A stretch of 64,000 nucleotides of DNA from the NCBI GenBank assembly GCA_965237575.1, contig CBDEGI010000002.1, forward strand, positions 607,022 to 671,021. The letters are read 5' to 3'. This DNA is from Bryobacterales bacterium (GTDB lineage Bacteria; Acidobacteriota; Terriglobia; Bryobacterales; UBA6623). Shown in pieces: positions 37,812 through 47,960 of the stretch (within the stretch, counting starts at the first letter, position 1; each line of letters opens with the position of its first letter). The notes below the pieces were generated by a model. That model saw only the letters and a program-made list of their open reading frames with translations. It did no database searches and was not told the DNA's origin. Made by a program: the position numbers and the translations under genes.

Positions 37812-39049
37812 TCATCCGTTTGGCTTGCTTTGGGGTGAAGCGAAACGTGTGAAGCGAAACTTACCGCGGATCGCCTTTTCCAAGTCTCCGTTCTGCCAAG
37901 TCGCCTTCATGATCCCTTGGTTGGAATGACTTCCCGAACCAAGGAGGAAGTGCCCGATCTCATGCGCCAGAATGTGACCCAGCGCGACAGAGCGGTAGGA
38001 ATCCATGTCAGCCGCGAGTTCGTTCACACGGTGATAGAAGACAACGGCCTGGCTGCCGAACCCGTTCGCTTTGTCCGAAAGCACGGCGAAGCCAAAGCTC
38101 CCTTCCGGCACGGTGAACCGCTCCGCCATTTCGCGCGGCAGGATTTTCAGCACCACAACGGTCGGACCGGATGGGACCCGGCAAGCAGGATCGAGTTCCT
38201 CGTCGGACAGACTCATCGAGCAGTCCAGCCAGCGAGTCGGAATCCCGGCCTCCGAGAGCACCTCCTTGGCGTCCTCGGTGGCCCACTCGATCATCGCCGG
38301 CGACAGCCGCGCGTAGTCGTAGAGCCGTACCTGGAGCTTCGTGACAAAGGTCGGGGGAACTGATCTTGCCGCTGCTGCGGCAGGTATCAGGCGACCAGTA
38401 GCAGCAGCCATCGCGACGCTTGCCGACACCAACCGCTCTTTCCATTGTGCATGTATCCGCCCGGCCTGCTTCCGCGTGAAGATCAACTGTCCCCGAGCGG
38501 CTCGTAGCAATTCCTTCTCCTGCCACGGGATGTGCATCAGGCCGCTCCGCGAGTGGCTCCCTTTACCAAGTAACAGATGTCCGACTTCGTGAGCCATGAT
38601 GTGTCCCAAGAGCTGTCCCGTCGAGATCGCAATACCTCCTGGGATGCGCGCTTGCTCTTCCCGCACCCGGTGCACGAACACATCGGCGTGCGTCCCGAAC
38701 TCCCCCTTTCGCGAAGGCAACGCCGCGTAGCCGAAACAGCTGGCGGGTACCGGGAACTTTTCCGCCGTGGCCTTCGGGAGAATCCTCAGAACCAGTGACG
38801 TGAACACCGGAACCTGAGAGCAGATCGGCTGGCGGGGTCCGGGGCGGTTCGGTCCAGAGAGTCCGGTAGGGCAGCCTCGGCCCTGGCTCCGCCCAGAGTC
38901 CGCGGGGAAACCCCGGCGTAGTCGTATATCTTTACCGTAAGCTTGACGTCCGGGCGTGTGACTGGTGCGGAAGCAGCTCGGGCGACCTCCGCTGCAATGA
39001 CTACTGAGAAAACGCTGAGAATGAGTGAAGTTGCGAATGACCTGCGCAT
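37812..39049 (-). pseudogene. Tandemly duplicated HExxH zinc-metalloprotease-like protein (two units in one reading frame; first unit frameshifted near its N-terminus)
   Basis: Unit 1: signal peptide MRRSFATSLILSVFSVVIAAEVARA…KLTVKIYDYAGVSP (ORF 38786..39049), continuing after a frame change at ~38830 as …LVLRILPKATAEKFPVP…GHIMAHEVGHLLLGKGSHSRSGLMHIPW. Unit 2: …LQVRLYDYARLSP…VVLKILPREMAERFTVP…GHILAHEIGHFLLGSGSHSNQGIMKATW. There is no stop between the units. Confidence 0.6.
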
Positions 39050-39295
39050 GACCTCGACCTCCCGGTTGGGGTTCAGGTGAGGCCAGAATCAGCCAGGTGA
39101 GCGGGTACCTCAATGCAGAGCGGGTCGCCGCACGCTCAACAGGCCCGCAAGTTTTTCTAGAGAGTCAAATCGCAGAAACGAAGGAACTTATGTTGCGACC
39201 TCATCTACGAAGGAGGCCGCCGAAGCAAGCGGCCGGCGGGGTTCAAGGCAGTGCTATACTTTGCCCAGGTTGACGACCCCTGAAGCTTGACCGCG

Positions 39296-41554
39296 ATGGA
39301 AACGGGATCGAGCAACGGCCGGAGGGTGCGCTTCGGGGCGTTCGAAGCCGACTTGCAGACCGGCGAACTCCGCAAGAGCGGCATCCGCGTGCGGCTGCAG
39401 GACCAGCCCTTTCGGGTACTGGCTCTATTACTTGAGCGCTCGGGCGAAGTCGTCAGCCGTGAGGACTTGCGGCAGGAAATCTGGCCCGACGACACCTTCG
39501 TCGATTTCGACCACAGCCTCAATACCGCCATCAACAAGATTCGCGAGGCGCTGGGGGACTCTGCCAGCCATCCCCGCTTCGTCGAAACCATCCCGCGGCG
39601 TGGATACCGGTTCGTCTTTCCCGTGCCACGACCCCCGGGAAAGGACGCGGCCGAGGCGAGTGTAGGTCCGGCACCACCCGGCGCTCCTGCTGCTCGAGGA
39701 ATCCTAGCGAAACGCAAGCACCTCGGCTGGGTTATCGCCGCAGTCGCGACAATCGGGGCGCTGGCAGTCGGGGTTGCATATTTCGCCGAGCCGTCGAGGG
39801 AGCAGGCCGAGGGGCCGACGCCGACGACCTTTTACGTCCATCCTCCCGAAGGCACTACGTTCTTGCCCTTGCCTATGATGGGGCCGCCGACGATTTCGCC
39901 CAACGGGCAACACCTGGTGTTCGGTGGAGAGTCGAAAGATGGATCGAGAATGCTCTGGCATCGGCCCCTCGACTCTGTGGACGCCCACTCGCTTGCGGGA
40001 ACCCAAGACGCCCGCTATCCCTTCTGGTCACCCGACAGTCGGCAAGTGGCCTTTTTCGCCGACGGAAAGCTTAAGCGGCTGGCGATCGGGGGAGGTGAAC
40101 CGCGACTGGTGTGCGATGCGCCGGCGGGCCGGGGAGGTGCGTGGTCGGCTGGCGGGACAAGTGGCGAAGAGGTGATTCTGTTTGCCCCGCTCGCGCAGAC
40201 GGGACTCCACCGAGTCTCGCCCAACGGGGGCGAGGCCACGCCAGTTACGACTCTCGACCGCGCCGCTGGCGAACTCAGCCACCGCCGTCCCACCTTCCTG
40301 CCTGATGGGGAGCACTTCCTTTATGTTGTGGTGACTAAAGATAGCGCCAAGGAAAGAGAGGGAATATACTTGGCCAAGATCGGCCCCGGCTCTGAGCGGC
40401 CGGCGCAGCAGGGCGCAACAGGTCGCCGGCTGCTCGCAGGATTCGCTCAGGTTGCCTATTCGCCGCCCATAGACACTCATCCCAGCGGTTACATCCTGCA
40501 CGTTGTGGACGAAAACCTGATGGCCCAGCCGTTTGACGCCGGTAGCCTCGAGTTGACCGGAAAGCCTTTCTTCGTCGCCGCGTCCGTCCCAGTCGATGGC
40601 GTACGGCAAGCTACAGCCGGCTTTTCTGTCTCGAACACCGGGAGTTTGGTCCTGGGCTCTACGGGTTCTGAACACCTAGGGCAGCTCGTTTGGTTCGACC
40701 GCGCCGGAGGGCGTCTCGATGTCGTGGGAGATTCGGAACACTACGCTTGGGTCGAACTGTCTCCAGATGAGGGGCGAGTTGCTTTTGACGTACCCTTCTG
40801 GGGCCAAGCCAAGAATGACATCTCGGTACTGGAATTCGCCAGTGGCCGGCGAATGCAAATCACATCCCGCCCACATTTCGACGGAGGGCCGATTTGGTCA
40901 CCTGATGGCCGGAGGATTGCCTTCCATTGGTTTGGAGACGACGCCAAGTCGCGGATCTATCTGACTGCTTCCACAGGGGTGGGTGACCCCGAGCTACTGA
41001 CCGACGAAGTAGGTTTGGCCTGGGACTGGTCGAGCGATGGGAAATACATTCTGCGGTCCAGAAAGGGAGAGACCACCGATTCAGATCTGTGGGTTACCCC
41101 ACTTGATGGAGACCGCGCGTCGGTACCCTACCTTGAGGAGAAGTTTATCCAGGGGGGCGGGCAGTTCTCACCCAACGGCCAGTATGTAGCTTACGCATCG
41201 AACGAGTCGGGTCAGTTTAAAGTCTATGTGCAACCCTTTCCTGCCACAGGCGACAAGTGGCCAATCTCGGTCCATGGCGGTGTGTTCCCGCGCTGGCGCG
41301 GCGACGGCGCGGAGCTTTTCTATATCGCTAGCGACGGTATGCTGATGTCGGTGAAGGTACAGAGAGGCTCTTCATTTGCTGTCGGCACACCCCGCGGACT
41401 GTTTCGCACGCGAATCCCCGCAGCTCACGGGTTTCGGCCCAAGTACGACGTTTCAGCCGATGGCCAACGCTTTCTGATCAACACTCTTGCAGAGGAGCAA
41501 ACCGCTCAACCCGTTACGGTAATGCTCAATTGGCAGGCGGGGTTGGCGGAATAG
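39296..41554 (+). CDS. CadC/OmpR-type winged-helix DNA-binding domain + TM + TolB-like beta-propeller protein
   Basis: VRFGAFEADLQTGELRKSGIRVRLQDQPFRVLALLLERSGEVVSREDLRQEIWPDDTFVDFDHSLNTAINKIREALGD…IPRRGYRFV (Trans_reg_C). A TM helix (WVIAAVATIGALAVGVAYF) follows, then repeated SPNG/SPDG propeller blades. Confidence 0.85.
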   Translation: METGSSNGRRVRFGAFEADLQTGELRKSGIRVRLQDQPFRVLALLLERSGEVVSREDLRQEIWPDDTFVDFDHSLNTAINKIREALGDSASHPRFVETIPRRGYRFVFPVPRPPGKDAAEASVGPAPPGAPAARGILAKRKHLGWVIAAVATIGALAVGVAYFAEPSREQAEGPTPTTFYVHPPEGTTFLPLPMMGPPTISPNGQHLVFGGESKDGSRMLWHRPLDSVDAHSLAGTQDARYPFWSPDSRQVAFFADGKLKRLAIGGGEPRLVCDAPAGRGGAWSAGGTSGEEVILFAPLAQTGLHRVSPNGGEATPVTTLDRAAGELSHRRPTFLPDGEHFLYVVVTKDSAKEREGIYLAKIGPGSERPAQQGATGRRLLAGFAQVAYSPPIDTHPSGYILHVVDENLMAQPFDAGSLELTGKPFFVAASVPVDGVRQATAGFSVSNTGSLVLGSTGSEHLGQLVWFDRAGGRLDVVGDSEHYAWVELSPDEGRVAFDVPFWGQAKNDISVLEFASGRRMQITSRPHFDGGPIWSPDGRRIAFHWFGDDAKSRIYLTASTGVGDPELLTDEVGLAWDWSSDGKYILRSRKGETTDSDLWVTPLDGDRASVPYLEEKFIQGGGQFSPNGQYVAYASNESGQFKVYVQPFPATGDKWPISVHGGVFPRWRGDGAELFYIASDGMLMSVKVQRGSSFAVGTPRGLFRTRIPAAHGFRPKYDVSADGQRFLINTLAEEQTAQPVTVMLNWQAGLAE

Positions 41555-41706
41555 AGGCGGCATGGTTTGCTTGACGGCCTCCAACTCAGAGGTCGGAATA
41601 CTTTGCCGAGGCTGACCGAAGATACGTAGAGGGTGTCGACCGTTGGTGCTGTCAAGCGCGCTTGAAGAGCCATCCAAACGTTCAGGTCAGGAAAAAACGA
41701 GGTCAT
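41453..41706 (-). pseudogene. Decayed PIN-domain (VapC-like) toxin remnant
   Basis: ATG at 41706 overlaps the antitoxin stop. MTSFFPDLNVWMAL is a typical PIN N-terminus. Similarity then continues only in another frame (…RIFGQPRQSIPTSELEAVKQTMPPLFRQPRLPIE). The reading frame runs into the convergent gene ending at 41554. Total length is far below a ~130-aa PIN domain. Confidence 0.5.
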
Positions 41707-41917
41707 GAGGATTCTCGTCCTCCGGAAAGGCGGGACCCAGCTTGCCGCTTCCCTGGACCATTGGGCCGGTCACGAATTCACCCTCCTTACGGCCGCCATA
41801 GGAGTGCTCGATGGCTCGGATAATCAACGCGCGGATCGAGGTGCCTGATTGCTGCGCCCGATGGCGGAGTTCTTCGTGCAAAGGTTCAGGGATATTAATG
41901 GTCGTCCGTACTGCCAT
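41687..41917 (-). CDS. Ribbon-helix-helix antitoxin (VapB/CopG-like)
   Basis: MAVRTTINIPEPLHEELRHRAQQSGTSIRALIIRAIEHSY… 76 aa, immediately upstream of the PIN remnant. Confidence 0.7.
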   Translation of the reverse strand: MAVRTTINIPEPLHEELRHRAQQSGTSIRALIIRAIEHSYGGRKEGEFVTGPMVQGSGKLGPAFPEDENPHDLVFS

Positions 41918-42184
41918 GACTGTACTATGTCATGGACGACATAAGCCTGTCGTCGAGAACTAGGATCGATCCTGAAGTTTGAGTGCTCATGGGGAGCGCT
42001 TGATCGGGTGTGGCGCGCGCCTCTGGCGGGCAGGACCGGCGTCCGCGCCGGTCTTCTCCCGTGCCTGGGAGAGGGGGGTTGTGGGGGCAGAAACGTCGAC
42101 CCGGAGGTCGACGCGGCCGGCCAGGAGGCCCGCGCAACAAGGCACGCTTCGTAGCTTCAATGGGCTCAGTCTGGAAACAAAGCA

Positions 42185-44809
42185 CTAGGCCACAGTCAAG
42201 GCCCGGACGGCATCCTCGATTCGACTTGCTGCCTCGCCGTAGCTTTGGCCCGCGTCGAAGTCTAAGGGCTTGCCGAAGCGAACGATGGCCTCACCGGGTT
42301 TGGGCCATTCATCATGCACGGATTGGATCTCGTATGTACCGGAGATAAACACTGGGACAATGCTCACCTTGAGCCGGATCGCCATGAGGCCGATACCTGT
42401 CTTGAATGGCTGCATCCTGCCTGTTGGCGAGCGTTCGCCTTCGGCGTAGACCAGCGGACAGAAGCCGGCGTCGATCAGCTCGCCGGTGTACTTGAGCGCC
42501 CGCCGAGTTCCGCCCATCCTTTGCGGCAGAGGATAGGCGTTGAACAGGCCACACGCCAGATAGAACTGCGCCGCGACCTTCCAGCGCTCTTGCCACGGCT
42601 CACCACGGGGCTCGAAGTAGGTACGGAAGTAGTCCTGCGACATGGCGGGGGCAAGTAGCCTGCGCCAACGGCGGGGCAGCGCGGCGGAGATGCAAGCCGT
42701 GTCGAAATGGCTGAGGTGGTTGGAGGCGAAGATGAGCGGCGGCTGAGCGTGCTCGAGGTTGTCGACACCCTCGACGCGCAACTTGATCATCTGCCGCATG
42801 GCCGGCAATGCGAAAAGGTTGAGAAAGACTGCCCGGCCCGCCCGCACCAGAAGAGCACGGCTCCAGCGGGGCAGGATGGCTAACGTTGGTGTGGGCGCGC
42901 GCGGGACGGCGGGCTCGGTTGCTTCGACCACGTTTCCCTCCGTGCCTTCCTCGGGAAGCGTACGCGTGGGCACGGCTCCCGATGCGCCGGTGGGCCGTTC
43001 TGTGCTTGTCACTGCTGTTTCCAACTCGCCAACGGTGCGTAGCCGCGCGAACTGCTCCTCATCAAGTTCGATGGCAAACTCGTTCTCGAGGCGCGCGAGC
43101 AGGTCCATTCGCTGCAGCGAAGAGAGCGCGAGGTCTTCTTCGAGTTGCGTTTCAGGCTCTAGAGTCGCGGCATCCCGGCCGGTTAGCTCGGCCAGGGCGC
43201 CCTTCACGCCGCCGGCCGCAGGCGGCGTCTCGGTGCGCGCGCCGGTCTCGGCGGCGACGTAGCGCGCAACCTCCCCGCGCTTGATCTTCTCGGTGGAGGC
43301 TGTGCGCGGAAAGTCCGCGGCGGGCCACTCGGACCAGCTTTGGATGCGTTGATGAGCTTCCAGCCGGCTGTTGGCCGCACGGATGACGGAGTCGGGATCG
43401 TGCGCCCCTTCGTGCAGGATCAGCACGGCGTGGATGCGCTCGTCACCGTTTTGTTTGCGCCCGATGACGACGCTTTCCTTGACGGCCGGCAGCGCTTGCA
43501 GCACCGACTCGACATCCTGTGGAAAGACGTTGAGCCCGTCGGCGGTGACGATCATGTCTTTCTTGCGTCCCTTGAAGTAGAGCCGTCCCTCGCCGTCGAT
43601 CTCGGCGACGTCGCCGGTGTGCAGCCATCCGCTTTCGACGCGTGTCGCGGACTCGCCCGTAGAGCCGACGTATTCGCCGACGACGCTTTCGCCGCGTACG
43701 AGGATCTCGCCGTCCGGCGCCAGCCTCACCTCCTGACCCTCGACCGCCTTGCCGATCGAGCCACGCCGTGCGTGGAAGGGATGGTTGATGGCGACCACGG
43801 GGCTGGCCTCGGTAAGCCCGTAGCCTTGGACGACGACCAAGCCCAGCCGTTTCCAGAAGTCCTCAAGGTCGGCGTCGAGACGCGCGCCTCCCACCACGAC
43901 GCACCAAAACTTCAAGCCCAAGCGCCGATGGACGTCGCGGAACATCCACCAGCGTTCGACCACGCCTCCAATCCCGTGATAGCGCGGACGTCTCCCGTGC
44001 ACGTCGAATCTTCTCTCGAGTTCGTTGCGAACGTTTTGCAGGAGTCGCGGGACGCTGATCATCACCGAAACGCGCTCGCGGTGGACGGTCTCGATCAGGG
44101 CGCCCGGACTGTAGTCGTCGCTGAAGACGACCGCCCCGCCGAGCAGAGGCGGGACGAACAGTCCCGCCAACTGGCCGAACATGTGGCTGAGGGGCAGCGC
44201 GTCCAGCAGACGAATGGGTTGAAAGGGGCGGGCGAGCGTGCGGTAGCGGGCGATCTCGCGGCCGATCGGGTTGAGGTTGGCGCAGAGGTTACGGTGACGA
44301 TGCACGACGCCCTTCGGCTCCGACGTTGTGCCTGAGGTGTAGAGGATTTCGACAACATCGTCACGGCTGACGGTGACGGCCGAAAGTGAATCCTTCTCAG
44401 GCAGGGCCGCAACGTCGCGAAAGAAGACGACCGCTGTGCCCAAACTGCCCACCGAGGCTCCGGCTTCGCGTGCCGGCTCGTCACCCACGACGATCAACCG
44501 CGGCGAGACCTCGCTTTGAATCCGGCGGACGAACTCGATCGAGCTATGAAAATCGATCGGGACCACCTCGACGCCACGAGCCACAGAGGCCCAGAACACC
44601 ACCGCCCATTCCGGACGGTTCTCTCCCCACAGCAGCAGCCGGTCTCCTTTACGCACGCTCCTCTGGTCGAGAAAGCCGGCGAAGGCACAGATGCGGCGGT
44701 AGAGTTGCCGGTAGGTCAGCTTCCAGGTTCGGTAGCCGTTGTGGTAGCGAATCGCCTCCCGGTTCCCAAGCGAAGTGAACCGGTCAAGAAGGTCTAGGAG
44801 GGTCTCCAT
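42185..44809 (-). CDS. Tri-domain fatty-acyl adenylase (AMP-binding) – acyl carrier (PP-binding) – PlsC-type acyltransferase
   Basis: Adenylation motifs: LYTSGTTSEPKGVVH, QGYGLTEAS, WLHTGDV, GRKKDMIVTADGLNVFPQDVE. Carrier motif: LEEDLALSSLQRMDLLARLENEF. Acyltransferase motifs: ASNHLSHFD (HX4D) and VYAEGERSPTG. Confidence 0.85.
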   Translation of the reverse strand: METLLDLLDRFTSLGNREAIRYHNGYRTWKLTYRQLYRRICAFAGFLDQRSVRKGDRLLLWGENRPEWAVVFWASVARGVEVVPIDFHSSIEFVRRIQSEVSPRLIVVGDEPAREAGASVGSLGTAVVFFRDVAALPEKDSLSAVTVSRDDVVEILYTSGTTSEPKGVVHRHRNLCANLNPIGREIARYRTLARPFQPIRLLDALPLSHMFGQLAGLFVPPLLGGAVVFSDDYSPGALIETVHRERVSVMISVPRLLQNVRNELERRFDVHGRRPRYHGIGGVVERWWMFRDVHRRLGLKFWCVVVGGARLDADLEDFWKRLGLVVVQGYGLTEASPVVAINHPFHARRGSIGKAVEGQEVRLAPDGEILVRGESVVGEYVGSTGESATRVESGWLHTGDVAEIDGEGRLYFKGRKKDMIVTADGLNVFPQDVESVLQALPAVKESVVIGRKQNGDERIHAVLILHEGAHDPDSVIRAANSRLEAHQRIQSWSEWPAADFPRTASTEKIKRGEVARYVAAETGARTETPPAAGGVKGALAELTGRDAATLEPETQLEEDLALSSLQRMDLLARLENEFAIELDEEQFARLRTVGELETAVTSTERPTGASGAVPTRTLPEEGTEGNVVEATEPAVPRAPTPTLAILPRWSRALLVRAGRAVFLNLFALPAMRQMIKLRVEGVDNLEHAQPPLIFASNHLSHFDTACISAALPRRWRRLLAPAMSQDYFRTYFEPRGEPWQERWKVAAQFYLACGLFNAYPLPQRMGGTRRALKYTGELIDAGFCPLVYAEGERSPTGRMQPFKTGIGLMAIRLKVSIVPVFISGTYEIQSVHDEWPKPGEAIVRFGKPLDFDAGQSYGEAASRIEDAVRALTVA

Positions 44810-44866
44810 GCGACATGCTGATTGGACGGGCCGCCCTTTGCCCTCAGTCTACGGCAGGCAGATTGA

Positions 44867-45622
44867 TTACAGCCGTTTCGCGGCGCGTGCTTGGGTCGCG
44901 GCTGTGTCGGTGGCGCCGATGGCATCCGGCTTTGCCCGCTCGCGGCTCATGGAGAAGGGTTCGATGCCCGGCGCAAACTGCAAGGAATAATGGCGCCAGG
45001 GGCCCAGCCGGTAGCAGCGTATCCAACCGATGGGTCGAAAGCCCATCTTCCGAAACATACGCAGCGCGCGCTCGTTCTCAGGCAGAACCGCCCCAACAAG
45101 CCCTGCATAGCCGGCTTTGTGAAAATGCTCCGCGACATAAGCATTGAGCTGATGACCGGTCTTCGTCCCATGAAATTGCCTGATCGCGAGCGCCTCATAA
45201 AGGTAGACACGATCGGGTGCGAGTTGGATCCGGCAATCGAGGTATTCGATGTATCCTTGGCCCGTAGCCGCCCAACACACCGCAACGATTTGATTCGCCT
45301 TGCGAGTTAACAGGCAGGCCTCTCCCTGTTGCAGCCTTTGCCGAACGGTTTCCCGATCCGCCAGGGGACGTGCCGCGATGTACTCGTCCAGATCGTCGGT
45401 CGTGAGCGACCCCGTTTGGACATCTTCGGACAACCGAATGCCCCGGCCGCTCGGCGGCAACGGTTGCTCGATGACGACGAGCCGCCTGTAGAACAGCTCG
45501 CCGAGCATCTTGAACCACAGGCTCACGGCTCCCTCTTGACGCAGAACTTGCCAGGAGCGGGCGACGATGTCGCGCGCGGTCCACTTTGGGTTGACCGGAC
45601 GGTCGAGCGCTGACGAGTCCAT
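44867..45622 (-). CDS. GNAT-family N-acyltransferase
   Basis: The C-terminal half (…YLYEALAIRQFHGTKTGHQLNAYVAEHFHKAGYAGLVGAVLPENERALRMFRKMGFRPIG) is a GNAT core. The start is placed at ATG 45622 (MDSSALDRPV…), versus the ORF-track start 45688. Confidence 0.7.
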   Translation of the reverse strand: MDSSALDRPVNPKWTARDIVARSWQVLRQEGAVSLWFKMLGELFYRRLVVIEQPLPPSGRGIRLSEDVQTGSLTTDDLDEYIAARPLADRETVRQRLQQGEACLLTRKANQIVAVCWAATGQGYIEYLDCRIQLAPDRVYLYEALAIRQFHGTKTGHQLNAYVAEHFHKAGYAGLVGAVLPENERALRMFRKMGFRPIGWIRCYRLGPWRHYSLQFAPGIEPFSMSRERAKPDAIGATDTAATQARAAKRL

Positions 45623-45887
45623 CGAGTCTCTTAGGATGCTACCCACTTGCAGCCGTCGCAATACCCGCTCGCCGACAGCCCCTCGCAAACAACGCCCCTC
45701 GCAAACAGCGAGCAGGGGCGGGCAGGGAAGACACCGGTTCGCCGGGTGTCAGGCGTCGCGGAAAGACGCTCCGATGATAACTCAAACCGTTCGGCGAAGG
45801 CGGGCGGTGAGAAGGTGCGGAAGGCGCCGACGGAATACGGCTACCGGCATAAGCGGCGGCGCAGGATCGGTCGTGGAGCGATGCCTT

Positions 45888-45922
45888 GCGAAACAGAGAT
45901 CCGGCCGCCGAGAGGGCCGGAT
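45888..45922 (-). terminator. Candidate intrinsic terminator of glnA
   Basis: The minus strand has the hairpin ATCCGGCC-(8 nt loop)-GGCCGGAT (45899-45922), followed by CTCTGTTTCGC. It lies 37 nt after the glnA stop. Confidence 0.4.
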
Positions 45923-45958
45923 TAGGCAACTGCCTAGAAGCTCTTCTCGCTTTGCTTG

Positions 45959-47380
45959 TTAGATATCGAAATACAGCGCGAATTCGTAAGGGTGCGGGCG
46001 CTGCCGCATCTCATCGACCTCGGCGGTGCGCTTGTAGTCGATGTAGGTCTCGACGACCTCCTCGGTGAAGACGTCGTTCTTGGTCAGGAACTCGTGATCC
46101 TTCTCCAAGGCATCGAGCGCGCCCTCGAGCGATGCCGGCAGGGACGGCACATTCTGCAACTCCTCAGGAGTCAGATCATAAATGTCCTTATCGAGCGGCT
46201 CGCCTGGATCGATCTTATTCTGAATGCCGTCCAGGCCGGCCATGAGCATGGCCGCGAACGCCAGATAGGGGTTGCATGCCGGATCCGGCGAGCGGAACTC
46301 AACGCGCTTGGCCTTCGGGCTCGGCGAGTACATCGGGATGCGGCAGGCCGCGGAGCGGTTCCGGCGGGAGTAGGCCAGGTTCACCGGCGCTTCGAAGCCG
46401 GGGACCAGCCGCTTGAAACTGTTCGTCGTCGGGTTGGTGATCGCCACCAGCGCCGGTGCGTGCTTCAAGATGCCGCCGATGTAGTGCAGCGCCATGTCGC
46501 TAAGGCCGGCGTACTTGTCGCCCGCGAACAGCGGAGTATCGCCCTGCCAAATGCTCATGTGCGTGTGCATGCCACTGCCGTTGTCATTCCACAGAGGCTT
46601 CGGCATGAAGGTCACGGTGTGGCCGTGCTGGAAGGCGACGTTGCGCACGATGTACTTGTAAAGCATCATGTTGTCGGCCGAACGCAACAGCGAGTCGAAC
46701 TTCTGGTCGATCTCGCCCTGTCCGCCCGTGGCGACTTCATGGTGGTGGCACTCGATCGAGAGTCCGCATTGCGCCATGACCTCGACCATTTCGGTTCTCA
46801 GGTCCTGGTGATGGTCGGTCGGTGGTACGGGGAAGTACCCTTCTTTGTAGCGAGGCCGATACCCCAGGTTGTTCTCCTCGCGGCCGGAGTTCCAACGGCC
46901 CTCCTCGGCGTCGATATAGTAGAAACCGTAGTTGTAAGACTGGTCGAACCGCACGTTATCGAAGATAAAGAACTCCGACTCGGCGCCGACGAAAGCCGTG
47001 TCGCCCACGCCGGTGTATTGCAAGTAGTTCTCCGCCTTCTTGGCTATCCAGCGCGGGTCCCTCTCGTAATGCTGCTTGGTGATCGGGTCGACGATGTCCG
47101 CAACGAGAATGAGCGTCGGCACGCTCGTGAACGGGTCCATCATCGCCGTGGCGGGGTCGGGCACGATGAGCATGTCGCTCTCGCTGATCGCCTGCCAGCC
47201 GCGGATGCTAGAACCGTCGAAACCAAAGCCGTCTTCAAAGACGGACTCGTCGAGCTGCTCGATGGGATAGGTGACGTGCTGCCAGAGCCCGGGCAAGTCA
47301 GCGAACCGTACATCCAGCATCCGGGCGTCGTTCTCTCTCGCGTAGGTTAGGACCTCCGCGGGCGTGCGGTTGGTACTCAT
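45959..47380 (-). CDS. glnA: Glutamine synthetase, type I
   Basis: Full-length GSI similarity over 473 aa (…[22 protein letters not shown]…, …MHTHMSIW…, …[17 protein letters not shown]…). SD GGAGGA upstream. Confidence 0.95.
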   Translation of the reverse strand: MSTNRTPAEVLTYARENDARMLDVRFADLPGLWQHVTYPIEQLDESVFEDGFGFDGSSIRGWQAISESDMLIVPDPATAMMDPFTSVPTLILVADIVDPITKQHYERDPRWIAKKAENYLQYTGVGDTAFVGAESEFFIFDNVRFDQSYNYGFYYIDAEEGRWNSGREENNLGYRPRYKEGYFPVPPTDHHQDLRTEMVEVMAQCGLSIECHHHEVATGGQGEIDQKFDSLLRSADNMMLYKYIVRNVAFQHGHTVTFMPKPLWNDNGSGMHTHMSIWQGDTPLFAGDKYAGLSDMALHYIGGILKHAPALVAITNPTTNSFKRLVPGFEAPVNLAYSRRNRSAACRIPMYSPSPKAKRVEFRSPDPACNPYLAFAAMLMAGLDGIQNKIDPGEPLDKDIYDLTPEELQNVPSLPASLEGALDALEKDHEFLTKNDVFTEEVVETYIDYKRTAEVDEMRQRPHPYEFALYFDI

Positions 47381-47960
47381 GAATCCTCCAAAGATCTTGA
47401 CAAGACTAGTACAACGGGCAGGGAATCACTGATGGTCTGAGGCCCTAATCGTAGCACACCGACCTTAGCCACCTGTCGTGGGAATGACTCTGATAAAAAG
47501 TTTTGATCGACGGGGCGTGTCGTGGCCGAGGTATCGAAGTCAAGCTCAACAAGAAGCGGGCCTTAGTGGGCCGCTGCCAGCCCGCACGAAGGGGCCAATG
47601 GTGTACCAAAGGCGGCCTGCGCGCTAGGGGATATTGAGTAGATGGCTAGTGCGATTTGCTGATATCTGACCTCGATCGGCTATCCCTACCATCCAAGGGA
47701 CGACACCCGTGCGCCCTTCGGGTTGCCGGGCAAGTGCGAAACGGTGAGGTTCTGTGCGTACCTCGCGCTGCTTCGGCCGATAAGTGCGTCGTCGGCCGGC
47801 TGTAGTGCGTACCACCGTTGCCGGCATGCCCAACAGCCCGTGCCGCCTTCGCCGCGACAAAATGTCTGATCCAACGAAGTTCTCCAAAAACGCGTCTGAC
47901 GACTCCCAAAACCGCCAGCCCCCAACCGGGGAGAACGGGACCGAAGGCAGCGGGAATCCG

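Noticed and set aside
45956-47350. 464-aa ORF on the plus strand
   Set aside because: It is the mirror frame of glnA, whose identity is unambiguous. This is an antisense artefact.
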